64,000 bases of DNA from Geosiphon pyriformis uo1. Its lineage: Eukaryota > Fungi > Glomeromycota. The position numbers and the translations under genes are program-made. The DNA lies in assembly GCA_016748015.1 (NCBI GenBank), contig JAAOMT010000570.1, positions 748,043 to 812,042 of the forward strand. The letters run 5' to 3'. Below are positions 52,077 through 64,000 of this stretch, one piece after another (positions within the stretch are counted from its first letter, which is position 1; the number at the start of each line of letters is the position of its first letter). Below the pieces are notes generated by a model. The model was given only the letters and a program-made list of their open reading frames with translations, did no database searches and was not told where the DNA came from.

Positions 52077-55000
52077 CTATGAAGCATTTGTCGATGTTTC
52101 TGGTTGCGTTTCCAAGAAAACTTTTGATATAGGTCGACCACGACCTCTTCGTAGTCCAGATCGTAATTCACGAATAGCATCATCAAAATCACCTTTCCCG
52201 GCAAGTGAGGAACTTATACTTGAAGTATCTGATTGTCGTCGACTTGCCTTATGTGAAATTTATGCATTTTAGATGAGCAAGTAATACTTTTCTGATGCGA
52301 TAAAAATAGTTATTGGAAAAATATGGATTACCATTCTTAGCGGGGCATTTTCTTTCTCTCTTTCCTTTTCCGCTTTTTTACGAGCTTCTTCATTTTCTTT
52401 TCGCGCTTTCTAATCATCAAAAAAGAAAATCTTTAAGAAAAGTCCACATTTACCAAAAGCTATAAGAGCTTCCTTACCGCCAAAGAAGACGCAAAGGAGA
52501 CTATAAGTCCAAAAAATTCCTCAGGCTTTGTTAGAGATGGATCCTCGCCGTAGTAAATTAAAATTTGTTTCAATTCATCATCTAATTTCTTGGCCATACC
52601 TTTGATCTTCGTTATAGTCGGCTCTATAAGTTCTACGAATTCCTTTAGAGCAGTGGGATTGTCGAAGGTCAAGGTTAAAAATAAACCGAAAAAAAAAGAA
52701 TCAAACGTGACGACATTTAATCAAAGGATACACCCATTACTTCAATAAATCGATCGTTCGGGGGAGATAATCGTATCTTAGTCAGAACACGTATCTCTTC
52801 TCGAATCAGCGATACTCCTGTTGCCAAATTATTCACTGATGCCATAACAGTCACAACGGATACTCGGGCCGCAGATTCTAAATGCGGAAGTTCATCCATG
52901 AAAGTTATCAAGTCTTTTTGATTCTCCTCCAGAGTTATTGCTAAATAATGAAGTAATGTTGTGGAGCCTTTGATGTTGTTTTCTGCAGCTTTGGTGTCTC
53001 TCATCTAATAGGAAATGGGATTAAAAATCTTTGTCTAAGGATTTTAGGAAAACAAGATACAATTAGTGATGTGTTTCGTGTCCAATAACCTTCAGAAGAG
53101 CATCCAATTGAAACCCTTGGGCGTTCCCGCGAAAACTTGTACCGTTCAAATAATTCCCAATCGCTAGTACTGTCTAATTGAAATGTTTGGTATGAAGTGA
53201 AGAAATTCAGGACAAACCTAGAATAATGGAGGAACTTGCATTTAGATAAAGATTATTACCTTTAGTAATTTTTTCCACTTTTTGCAATCTTTTAGCTCCA
53301 TATGAGCATCCCGTAACACACTAATTTCCTAGGTAGCAAGATAATATCAGAAAAATTTCACGCGTAGAAATTGACAATTCTGAGAGCTTAAAAGCCTCTT
53401 ACTGGAATCAACTCCTCAGCTTCAATTTCGAATCGGCGCCTGAATATCATACAAGTCAACCGCTCTGATAGCCGAGGTATTCCTATGATTTCTTTAAAAT
53501 ATTTTTCGGCGTTCCCTAGAGTTAATAAATCACCATCAAATTCTTTGACTAATTCAAGTTCCTCGGTAGAAGGTACATATTGTTTAATTGACCGAAGATT
53601 TTCTACGGCCAATTTTTCATCGTCCAATTCCAGAATAGCTTCTCTAATTTCAGAATAAGGCATTTTGATTCGAGCCAACATAATGGCAATGTTATTTGCG
53701 CGATTGAAGTCTAATAATGTTGTAACAGAAGCTTTTTTTATAGCAGATGCATTATTGTCCACTTTTGATTTATCCGTTGGTAAATTAGAATTTTTGGAAA
53801 ATAGTTCATCTAATTCATGAAAATTTAAGTTAATATTATCATCTGGGATATCTTTCCAAACTGTTTGATTAAACCTATCCGGGGAGATTTTGCTCCAAAA
53901 CAGTTGCTTTAATGGGACCTTGGGACGTAGCACAACTGTTGGAATTTGAAGGGAAATAGTATTAGGTGGTGGGGGGAAATTTTTAAAACCAGAATTGATA
54001 GTAGGGGAATTGATTCCAAAGTTGGGTGGAGGTGGAGGAGCTGTGTTAATACTCAAAGGGGGGAATGGTGGTGGTGGTGGCGGTGGTGGAAACGAATTGA
54101 CTGAAGATGGAGGAGGAGGAGGAGGTGGTGGTGGTGGTGGGAACGAATTAAATGAAGACGGAGGTGGAGGTGGTGGAGGTGGTGGTGGTGGTGGTGGTAG
54201 GAACGAATTGAATGAAGACGGGGGTGGAGGTGGGGGTGGAGGCGGCGGTGCATTACCTAGACGAGGAGGGGAGAGCGAAGGCAGTGATGGTGGTGGTGGT
54301 GGTGGTGGTGGTGGCGGTACAGATGATATCTGTATTACTGGTAGCAGCGCAGAATTAGTATTTAATGATGGTTTTGGTAACGTTGGGGGCGGAGGTGCAG
54401 CTCGAAGAGGAAAAGGTTGCTCAGAAATTGAAAGTGGCGGAGGCGGTGGTGGTGGGGGAATAGGAGACGATGTGCGAGTAGAATCAATAGTATTGGTAAT
54501 TGTTTGATTGTAAGGGTCTGGAGATTGTGGCCGTGAGTTTCTTACTGGTGGGGGTGGCGGTGGAGGTCTTCGCCGGTTCAGAGCTTGTGATGAGGATAAA
54601 GTGGTCTCGATATTAGAAATTTCCTGCGTTGGTGATAAAAAATTGTTTCCGCGACTAGTATTTTGATTACGATGATATGGGGGTGGTGGTGGAGGCCGCG
54701 TGGATCTGGGGAATATATTTGTTGAGGAAATATCATCATTAGAGGCGTATTCCATTGTTGAAGCTTCATTCTTAGCAGGGGACGCAGCTCGGGAGGGGTG
54801 ATGAGATTGTATATGTGATTCCTAAGTATAATATATTGTTTGATTTAAATATTTTAATTTATCAAAGCTTTGTTTTTTAATTAAAAATTTTGTATTTTTG
54901 ATAGCAAAAATTTATGAGGGATGTTGAGAACATAAATCTTTGTTCGATCCTTCCAAATTTATATTTAAGAAACTTACTCTCGATAGAGAATCTGGTTCTC

Positions 55001-57525
55001 CAACGAGTCTGTTGTAATTATTTAATTGGAAATCATTGTCATTGCTCAAATGATAATTCCCCACGATATCTTGAATCGATGCAAGATAATTATCCATGAA
55101 TTCCTGCCATTCTGCCAAATAATAGTGCGTAGTGAGTAAAAAAGAGTTTTCCGAAGCTTCAAAATCATTAAATAGCATCTACCTTCTTTTGTATTTTTAA
55201 AATTCTGCAAGCGTCGAATAAAATTTTCGAGTAGAGTCCAAATATCATTTTTATACGAGCTTATGTGAAACATAAAGTACTTAGCTATGAAATTTATAAT
55301 AGAAAATAGCTTGTACAAAGATGGAAATTACTTACTCCCCAAGATCTTTGCAAGCGATTCCTAGCAAAATTTTTAGAATTTCAACCACCCTCGGATAAAG
55401 ATCTTCCTTGTGTTGGATTTTTTTTATCAGATCAACCAAAATTGTGATAGGATCGCTAAACAGAAAATCAACCAAATATTCACGTGGTGAATGGTTTGGT
55501 ATTCTTTTAAAAAATTCTACCAATTGAATGAAAATATACCTACTTGGGATCCTTTACGAAATCATGGACTTTTTCGTGAAGTTCATCTAAATCTTCTTGA
55601 CATTCTTCTTCATATACATTGATTTGGGTCAATAAGGATTCAGGAGGGTGCGATGATTTAATCGTCTAAATGTGAGCTTTTTATCAATGAGTGAATAAAA
55701 TTATCCAAATTCATGAAAAAATTTGGTTTGTTAACAGACCGCGAAAATTTCTTCGATTCCTCTTCTTTCAAACTCCTCTCTCAATGAAACGCGACTTTCA
55801 ACATCTTCTGGAGAATTTACGATAGCGTTTATGAGACTTAAACATGCTGTCCTATACTCCATTGAAGTGTTGTCTTCATCTGTTGGGCTACTCTTTAAAG
55901 TTCCAATCAGATATTCGAATCGATATTTTTCATCGTAAAAAAAATGAAAGTCTGATAATGCGCCCAGCACAAGCTTATGTCCTTCCAACGAAAGAACGCA
56001 TAACGCTGCTAAAATATCGGCAACTTGTGCACGAAGTCTGCTATTACGAGTATATAAACAAAATACTATATTCGATATGAGCGAAGGTGCCTCCAAGACT
56101 TTGCCAAATCCCGGCTATTTAAGATTCGAATCATGAAGATTGAGTGTTTCTTAGTTAGTTATCAATTTTTTTTAAAATAAAAACAATGCAAAAAATCATT
56201 ATGTAGCTTACTTCAGTATTCATCAGTATCCGTAAACAACGAATACACTCGAGCTGAATTGAATCGTCATGATCAGAATGTTTCCCTGGGCTTGTTGGGG
56301 GGGGGGGGGGGAATTAAGAGACTTTAAAAAAAAGTATCTTGATAATTGCACAAGCAAGAATTTTTTACCAACCTCTTCTTATCATGAGATATAATTTTTT
56401 CAATAGCAGATTCTAATGCTAATAACCCTTTATTTTCAATAAATGATTTTATCCATGAAAGCTTGGCCGTTGATAAAATGAGGCGTAATTTCAATAGATG
56501 ATCTGCTAAATATTTAGGAGGTATATTCCTATCAAGAATATAAATATGAGAGACTAAAAATAGCAATCAAATATCTCAATAAAATGTATATACTTTTGAT
56601 TCAATTTCTCAATGTAAAAATCGGGATCGTCAGAATTTTTGGCTGGAACCGTAGCATAGCCTACAAACCAATTCAAGATGCCACCATAAGAAGATGCTGA
56701 GGTTGGAGACTGTGATCGCTCTTCAACACCTGCTGTAGATGAGGGTACCTCAATAGAGTCGAGGTTTGACCAAGAACTTGTAGATAACCTATTATTATTA
56801 GATTTCTGTTCGAGATCGACCTTGGATGTGCCGGTAAATTGTTCAGTATTTGAGTTATTAGGTTCAACAATTTCTTTCTTTCCTGGCGTGGTTGATGAAA
56901 AACCATCATCATATAAATCTTGATTATTAGAAGCTTCAATATCTTGTACGTTCTGAGATCTTAAAGCCTGGGCTTGTGCATTTTGATGGATCAGCATCCA
57001 TTTACGATCATTTGGAAATTTCATCATTTCAGCACGTTCCAATTTGGGTATTCCAAGGTCATTCTACCAAAAATCGTTTAGAATCTTTTTTTTTTTTCCG
57101 AAAAATGAATAGATATAATGAATTACCATTAAATTTTCGAAGGCTTTTTCCAAATCATTAGTCTCTACATTTCTGGTCAAAGTTGAAAAATCTGTTCCTC
57201 GTTTACGACCAATAGTATCTATTCCACTTTTCACACTATTATAATTTATGATTGTAGCCCTTTTCCGAGTTCTTTTGCGTGTTTGGTCAAAGCCACCTAC
57301 CGCAGTTAACCAACTCCCAATCACGGTTGGATCAATAATAGCGCTGATGCGCGAAGCAACAAGTGAAGCACGCTGGTTTACTTCTCTTGACGGGTCACGC
57401 TTATGATAAATTTGGTCTGGAGGAACACGCTGCTCTTCTGAAGAAGTAGCTTCTTGTTGAAAGCCTTCCAAGTCTTTATCTGTAGATGGCTCTCTTCCAA
57501 CTTCTAGGTCGGACGACCCTTCCAT
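52077..57525 (-). CDS. Diaphanous-related formin (GBD/FH3-FH1-FH2-DAD), multi-exon
   Basis: FH3 motifs LRILMNTE and LSLINAIVNSPEDVESRVSLREEF. Poly-Pro FH1. FH2 motifs LKQLFWSKI, RANNIAIML, GNYLNGTSFRGNAQGF, TTLLHYL, YYGEDP..PEEFF. DAD motif GDFDDAIRELRSGLRRGR. Confidence 0.93.
52643..52731 (-). other. Minor-spliceosome (U12-type) GT-AG intron in formin FH2
   Basis: 5' splice site GTATCCTTT and branch-like CCTTGAC (52668-52674). Removal joins RFIEVMG|EFVELIEP in frame. Confidence 0.8.
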
Positions 57526-59790
57526 GGCGGCGCTTTTATTTTGTCAGTTTGACAAATTCTACGCGCAATAGAAATTAATGTATTTGACGCGAGAAAAGTC
57601 CATATAATATGTTTATTTTTAAATTGAAATTCTCGAAAATCCACTATCTGCAATGATCGAATTCTGGTAAGGAAAGGGGTTTCAACAATGTCACACATAG
57701 ATTTAAATCTTGATGGAAATTAATTTATTTTTTCTCTTTGATATACAAATTATTATTTATTTTGAAAACTGTAAAAATTAATTATATTTTTATTATTTTA
57801 TTGTTAAATTATTTAAAAATAAGTTTTTAATTTTAAATTGTTTAATGCATGTTTAAATAAATAAAATAATAAAATTTTTGTTTAATTATTATTATTGTTG
57901 TTAAATTTTGTTTATAATATTAAATAATTTTTACATAAATAAATATAATTAATTTTAATAAATAATATAAAATAAAAATAAAAAATTTACAAAATTAGAA
58001 GCAGAATTTTAATTAAAAATAAAGAAAATTAATTTCAACATAATTAAATAATAATAATTGATATTAATTAAACTAATTTTTGTTAATGAAATATATATAT
58101 AATTATTATGAAATTTAATATAATATATATTTTCTATTAATAAATTTTATTGACCAAATATTTTTAATTTAAAAAACCAATTTACGGTTTAGATTGCTTA
58201 TCGGATAATCGAATCTACTAAAGTTAGATCTTAAGAAACATCAAGTTCAAATGTACTAAATGGTCAATGCAACTTTCTTCGGATTTTACATCTTTGAATC
58301 AATATTTATTCACATTTTTTCCCACTTCTCGCTTCTCACGCAAAATTAAGATAGTCATTTTAATTTTTAGAAAAAAAAACAGAGAAACATGTGACCACTC
58401 ATAATATTATAACAAATAATAAAATTTTTAAAAAACATTCCCCGATTCGGGGAAAAGAACGCTAGATTATTTTTGATAATTTCTTTCTTAACAAGAAATC
58501 AATTAAAAAAAATATTTGAAACCATGCAAGATATATACTAGAAATATATTTTTTTCTATATACATTCAAATTTCTTCCCACCACATCATAAAATGAGACC
58601 ATTTTTTCTTTGATTCGAAATTTTCCTCAAGTTTCTTTCAAATGAGCCTAATGTTTAGTCAACAACCACTTCTGTGGGGACAAATCATATTCCCTATATT
58701 ATAAATTTTACAATAAGCACCTGAACAATTAGATCTAGGTCACTTTAATTTTCAATTCCTACTCCCATTCTTGGATTAGTAAATTTTTTTATCTTTCAAC
58801 TTTCAAAACGTGTAAATTTGAAATTCTTTTTTGATCGCTTAAACAGGGAAAGTTTTGTTGTTCAAAAGAAATTCAGGAACAAGATTTGATATCGTCTTTC
58901 ATGTATCCCCCCTCCTCCCCCTCCAAATTCAGAAATTAACAATTATCCTCTGCGAGTTGGAACGCTGAAAGATAGCAGTATTTTTCGTACTAAAATAATC
59001 CAATAACAAAAACGCAGTGTACAATACAACCTTATATCGAGTAAGAATCCAACCGAAGATGCAGGTTCTTGCATGAAAAAGAAAAAGAATTTCACCGTGA
59101 AAATCTTTGTTATGTTGCTCAATCGATCACCTCTTTTTTTTAACATGCCTTCATCTTCGACCAATCAATCCTACTCATAATTACAAGGAAACTAAAAATA
59201 AATAGGGAAATTTCGCCGTTCGAGCCTCAAGCACGCACTCAAGCATATGACCTTTAAACCCCCTTTCCGTGATATAATAGTTCTAAAGATTCCTGCGACG
59301 GTTCTTTTCTTCTCGATTTCTTTTTCCTAGTCACCCCTTCCTCTTTCCCCTCTATTATTAACTCCTTATTACGAATTTTTATTAAAAATCAACTTTTCCT
59401 TACATTCAGGATCTTTCATATTTTAGAAATTAGGTTTGCTTGACGCGCGTGATTCAAAGGAATTTTTCTATTTATTCCATTCGCGTTCCTGCTCCTTTTC
59501 CACTTAAACACAATGTGCATTTGCTTGCTCTTGATCTCCTAAAAAAATTATATTACCCGATTCCTTCAGAATTTCAATAATTTTAGCTAATTTAAACAAA
59601 TATCCACTTACTCATCTTTTAAAGAATTTTTTCAATTCAAGTTTTACACGCGACAAATCTATATAGCTCAATCTCAAACCCAAACATCTTCAACTTCAAT
59701 AGCAAATAAACCTTATCGCACGTAAGTAGACAGCATAAAATCAAAGAGATAACCACCAAATAAAATATAATATAATATAAAAAAAGAACA

Positions 59791-62037
59791 ATGCTTCTTA
59801 AAGGTATCCTCGTACCGTTTTTCCCGAATACTGGAACAAGAAATTTTGCACGTCGCCGTCATCGTCGTCACCGTAACCAAACCCAAAATAATACCGGCCC
59901 AGAAAGCAGTAGTACTAGGAATAACTCTGAAACTTCACAAACTTTAAACTCAATATCCACAATGCGTTCCTCTATTAAAAATCATGTCTCGACCACTCCT
60001 AATGGTCCTGAAAGGATGGATTCAGCAATAGCCCTAATTGATGATGTTGAGCAAGATTCTAAGAAGGGTAAAGGGGCAGCTATTAGCATTCTTGAACAGG
60101 CTAGTTTACCAGATCCATCTGTGATCATCCAAGATCCATTAGGAATTGATTTAAAAGGCAAGGAGAAACAAGTCAAAGAAGTTATTTGTCATTTCGAGAA
60201 GTTGCCTTTAGAAGTCAAAGTCAAGATTTTTAAATGGTTGGATGTGGTCGAAGTGATAAGGACATCAATGGTTAGTTTTTTGATAATTTCAAAAAAAAAA
60301 TCTGGAAATTTTCGATAGAATAAATTGCAGCAACGATAGTTAACCCATTTTTGATATATTATTAGGTATGTCGGTCATGGCACAGTTTAGCGTTTGATGG
60401 CTCTTTATGGTCACAAATAGATGTTGCACCTTTCTATCAAAAAATATCAACTGATCAATTGATCGCATTATGGAAATCTGCTGGGGGCTTTCTAAAAGAT
60501 GTCAATTTTCGGTATGTATTCAAATTTTATTCCTTTAAATTGATTTCGTACAATATGTTTGATAAAATCATTCGAAAAATCACATTCTAGTGGATGTGTT
60601 CAATTGACTGGTAAAAACCTACGCGAATTGGCACCTTATTGTCCCAACATCCAAACACTTCAGCTATCTGGTTGTCGTAATTTGGACTCTGGTGGAATCG
60701 ACATTTTACTCTCCCATCTTCATAATCTACAAGAATTAAATCTCTCAGGCTTGGATTTGATAAGCACCCAAAATTCCTGCATACGCACCCTGGCCAAACA
60801 GTGTAAAAGGCTAAAGAAAGTGAATCTGAGTTGGTGCCGTTATTTGAGCTCTAGAGATATAGAGATACTTGTGAAGGGCTGTAAAGAATTGACCAGTTTA
60901 AAGTTAGACGGACAACCCGAGTTAATTGAATCAACCCTTGCTATGATTGGTGAATTACGCCATTTGCAAGTCCTTTCGCTTGATTCATGTACAGCTATAA
61001 ATGACAATCTTATTGCAGCTCTTTTTCAAACTGGTGGGGCTAATGATAATAGCTCGACTACAGCCGCCACAATGACAACCACCACATATTCCTTGTCCCC
61101 ACCTCCCATCACACATCTTAATCTTGCCAATAACCTCAACTTGACAGACACCGCCTTGCAGGATTTGGCTGATTTTTGTCCCACCTTGACTCATTTACAA
61201 TTACACGGTTGTCCAGGTTTTACCGACCATGGATTGATTTACCTTATCTCAAAATGTATAGAAATTCAGGCACTTGACTTGGAGGATTGTAACTCTGCAG
61301 TTAATGATGATGTTTTGAATGCAATCGCAAGACATCTCCCAAAACTACGAAGTGTCTGTCTAAGCTATTGTGAACAAATTACTGACGATGCTGTCACCAA
61401 TCTTTTACGTGAATGTACAAATATTTCACGTATTGATCTCGACCAATGTCAATCTTTGACAGATACCGTACTTCACAATATTGCCGATATATTGACAACC
61501 GCTGCATCCATGGGTTTGATTAGAGACCATTCCACGTATGCAAATAGTGTTATCGATGATGATTCTGCTAGTAGTAATAGTAATCAATCTCCACAGCTAG
61601 CCTCCTTAGTTTCTCGTCGAAACAATATGCGACCAAAATTAATAGAAATAGAAATTTTTGATTGTCGGAATATTTCAATTGCTACAGTTCGGGAAACAGT
61701 CAAAAAGGTGTCTGCTGCTGGCGTACTGCTTAAGTTAAAAGGATATTATGCATGGCAAGCAACCAGGAATCCTCGTAATCGAAATGAGGATAATAACGGT
61801 GGCGGTGAGGAAGAAGATGAGGATAGTGGAAGAAATAATACTGCAGGAAACGGGGGACATCCTTCATTCTGGTCCAGGAGTAGAATATTCAGACATTTAC
61901 GTAATGGAGATATCATTCCTGATATGGCAATGAGGTTTCAATTCCAAACAGCTTTTCGAGGCGCAGGATATAGAGCAGGAAATGGTGGTCATAATGCTGG
62001 CCACGGAAGAAGATTGGGTCAGTGTATTATACTATGA
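59791..62037 (+). CDS. F-box/leucine-rich repeat protein, FBXL2/FBXL20-like, with C-terminal CaaX; 3 exons
   Basis: F-box LPLEVKVKIFKWLD...|VCRSWHSLAFDGSLW; cysteine-containing LRRs (LSYCEQITDD, LDQCQSLTD); ends in CIIL. Confidence 0.88.
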
Positions 62038-62975
62038 ATGCTATTTATGGACGCCCTTTTGCAAGATAGAAGTTAGATGTATGGTGCAATGAATTAATTA
62101 ATAGAGATTTTAAGACAGGAAAAGGATAGGCAACATCATATTTTGGTAGATTAGAAGATTATTTAATTTACTCAATTTTGGTTTTCTTGTATTCTTTATA
62201 ATTTTTGGCTCTCCTTAACTTAGATCAGGAAAAAAGTGAGGGAATAATTTTGTGGCGTTGATTCCTTTTTTATATATTTTCTTTTTCCTATTCCCATTTT
62301 TTATGTTAAACTTTTTAATCCTCTTAAAGGTGGGCCTGCTTTATCTATTTTGCGTCGCCTCTTTAAATATTATTTCCCTATATTTTGTATATTCTGTAAA
62401 TCCTTTTATATTAAACCTTTCCCTTATTTTTCCCTTGACGTCACAATATCAACCAAGAAACACAAATCTATTCTCACTATCTAGATTTCATCAGTTTCAT
62501 ATCCCATTTTTGTACTTTTGTATCTATCTTTAGATATTTTTCCTATGTATATACCTTTTTCACTTTTGGGTGTCCTTTTGATGTTTATATCCTTGTTCTT
62601 TCAATAACATTTTTACACCATTTATAAATTTGGCAATTCATGATATATTATTATTGCCGCTTGGTGATTCTGAACAATTTTTTTTAGATTGAAAAAATAA
62701 CAATTATATAGAGTTAGCAGTAGCAGGTGTTTTGTTAAAAGAATGCCCTGGTTTGGCATCAGAAAACAGTTGGTTGAGAATTTGGGTTGTTATTCTTCCT
62801 TGGTATATACGTACATATCCGATCGAGTTTGTGATTATTTTTTCTATTTGTAAAATTTCAAAAACACGAAAAAAGAAAAAAATGACTTGTTTGTTAAGTT
62901 TTCGAAAAGTAACTTAAATCGAATGTGGGATATAGGATTATTTTTAACTTTGTCGACTCTGATTTTGTAATTTTA

Positions 62976-64000
62976 TTATTTCATCTCTTCCTGGGAATTG
63001 TTCCATGCGATACAGTCTTGAAATTTTACTCTATCACCACCAAATAGATCTAGGGCACTGATTTTCAGATAGGCTTTTAATTCTACAGTTCGTAGTAAAA
63101 GCAAGCGGGACAAGATAAATAAACCAACCCAGTACCTGCCAAATGTCAAATCAACTTTACCGTTTGAGAGACGGTTCACGAGCTCGAGGTCTGTTATCGC
63201 TTTTAGTTTTTTTTTTAATTGATTCATTTGAAGACTAAGTAAACCTATATATTCGATTCATGAATCAAAAAATAAAAACAATAACAATAACTTGCAATTT
63301 GCTCCACCCGCATACGTAGTTGGTATCCGGGTCCATTTCCCTAGACCTTTTTCAAATCATTGAAAATACAGTTTTAAAAGATTATTTAAGGTATCTGAAT
63401 TCAATAATAAGAGAGTAGGAGGAAGATGAAAGTAATCACATTCGACCAGCTCCGTATCGATCCCCTGACATAGACCTTCAACGTCTGCTGCGTGGATTAG
63501 AAACTCGCTGTTGGGTTAGATCAAGAGTTTTTAATTAAGAGTTATTGATTATGATCCAACGTAATTATATTTCGGAGGTTGAACTTTAGGTTTCGAGGAG
63601 GGAAATAATTACCTGCAATAATCTGAGATAAAATCTAATGTGTCTAGAATCAGGTTTTCGGCCCATTTAAAAATACGTAAGCTGAATCAGCCAGGAAAAG
63701 GGCTAAATTTCAATGAAAAATAAACGCGCATAATTTTCCCAAGATTTACCCTGGTTCACCTCGAGATCGGTCATTGTCTGCCACTTATTCATTGCCACAA
63801 TCCATTTGTTTCCTCGGCGACGACAACTAAGATGAGAAATTTCAAGTAAATGTGTGACGATCTTATAATTTTAGAACTTTTGGATTTTCGAACCTTTCTT
63901 TGAAGATTTCTTACCTGAGATCAACCACTACGCGATTTTTTCCAATTTTCGATGATATAGCTTCTAGACGCTTTCGCGAGAATTTGGCTTCCGGAAAGAG
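62976..64000 (-). CDS. HIS6: ProFAR isomerase (HisA), 3' part; the gene continues beyond the window
   Basis: [70 protein letters not shown]|SALDLFGG. Confidence 0.92.

Noticed and set aside
53995-54507. Gly-rich 170-aa ORF on the plus strand
   Set aside because: Antisense shadow of the formin poly-Pro FH1.

Overview
AT-rich eukaryotic DNA from an early-diverging fungus. Intron style, the LINE family and the lipase-3 family suggest Glomeromycota, possibly Geosiphon-like; this assignment is inference. Three islands of intron-rich genes alternate with extremely AT-rich deserts of eroded transposons. Island 1 (9.7-28.2 kb) holds an SR protein, RPS6, DPH7, an OSH/ORP, DPH4 and an RXT2-like gene, interrupted by an AT-rich block with a divergent pair of lipase-3-fold genes. 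Island 2 (46.4-57.5 kb) holds LAMTOR2, uS11m, a twin-CX9C protein, a PUDP-like HAD and a formin. Island 3 (59.8-64 kb) holds an FBXL2-like F-box/LRR gene and HIS6. The deserts contain a decayed Ty3/gypsy, a full-length LINE with RNase H and a 10-bp TSD, a 5'-truncated LINE, a Penelope-like RT relic and LTR-like or short repeats. Main points of interest: (1) paired repeat copies show one-directional C>T/G>A decay enriched at CpA/TpG, a RIP-like signature in an apparently non-Dikarya fungus; (2) two intact, membrane-anchored lipase-3 genes both lack the catalytic serine; (3) a U12-type intron in the formin FH2 domain; (4) a 20-bp quasi-palindrome shared by two promoters. Gene models were spliced and translated by hand; relic boundaries are approximate.
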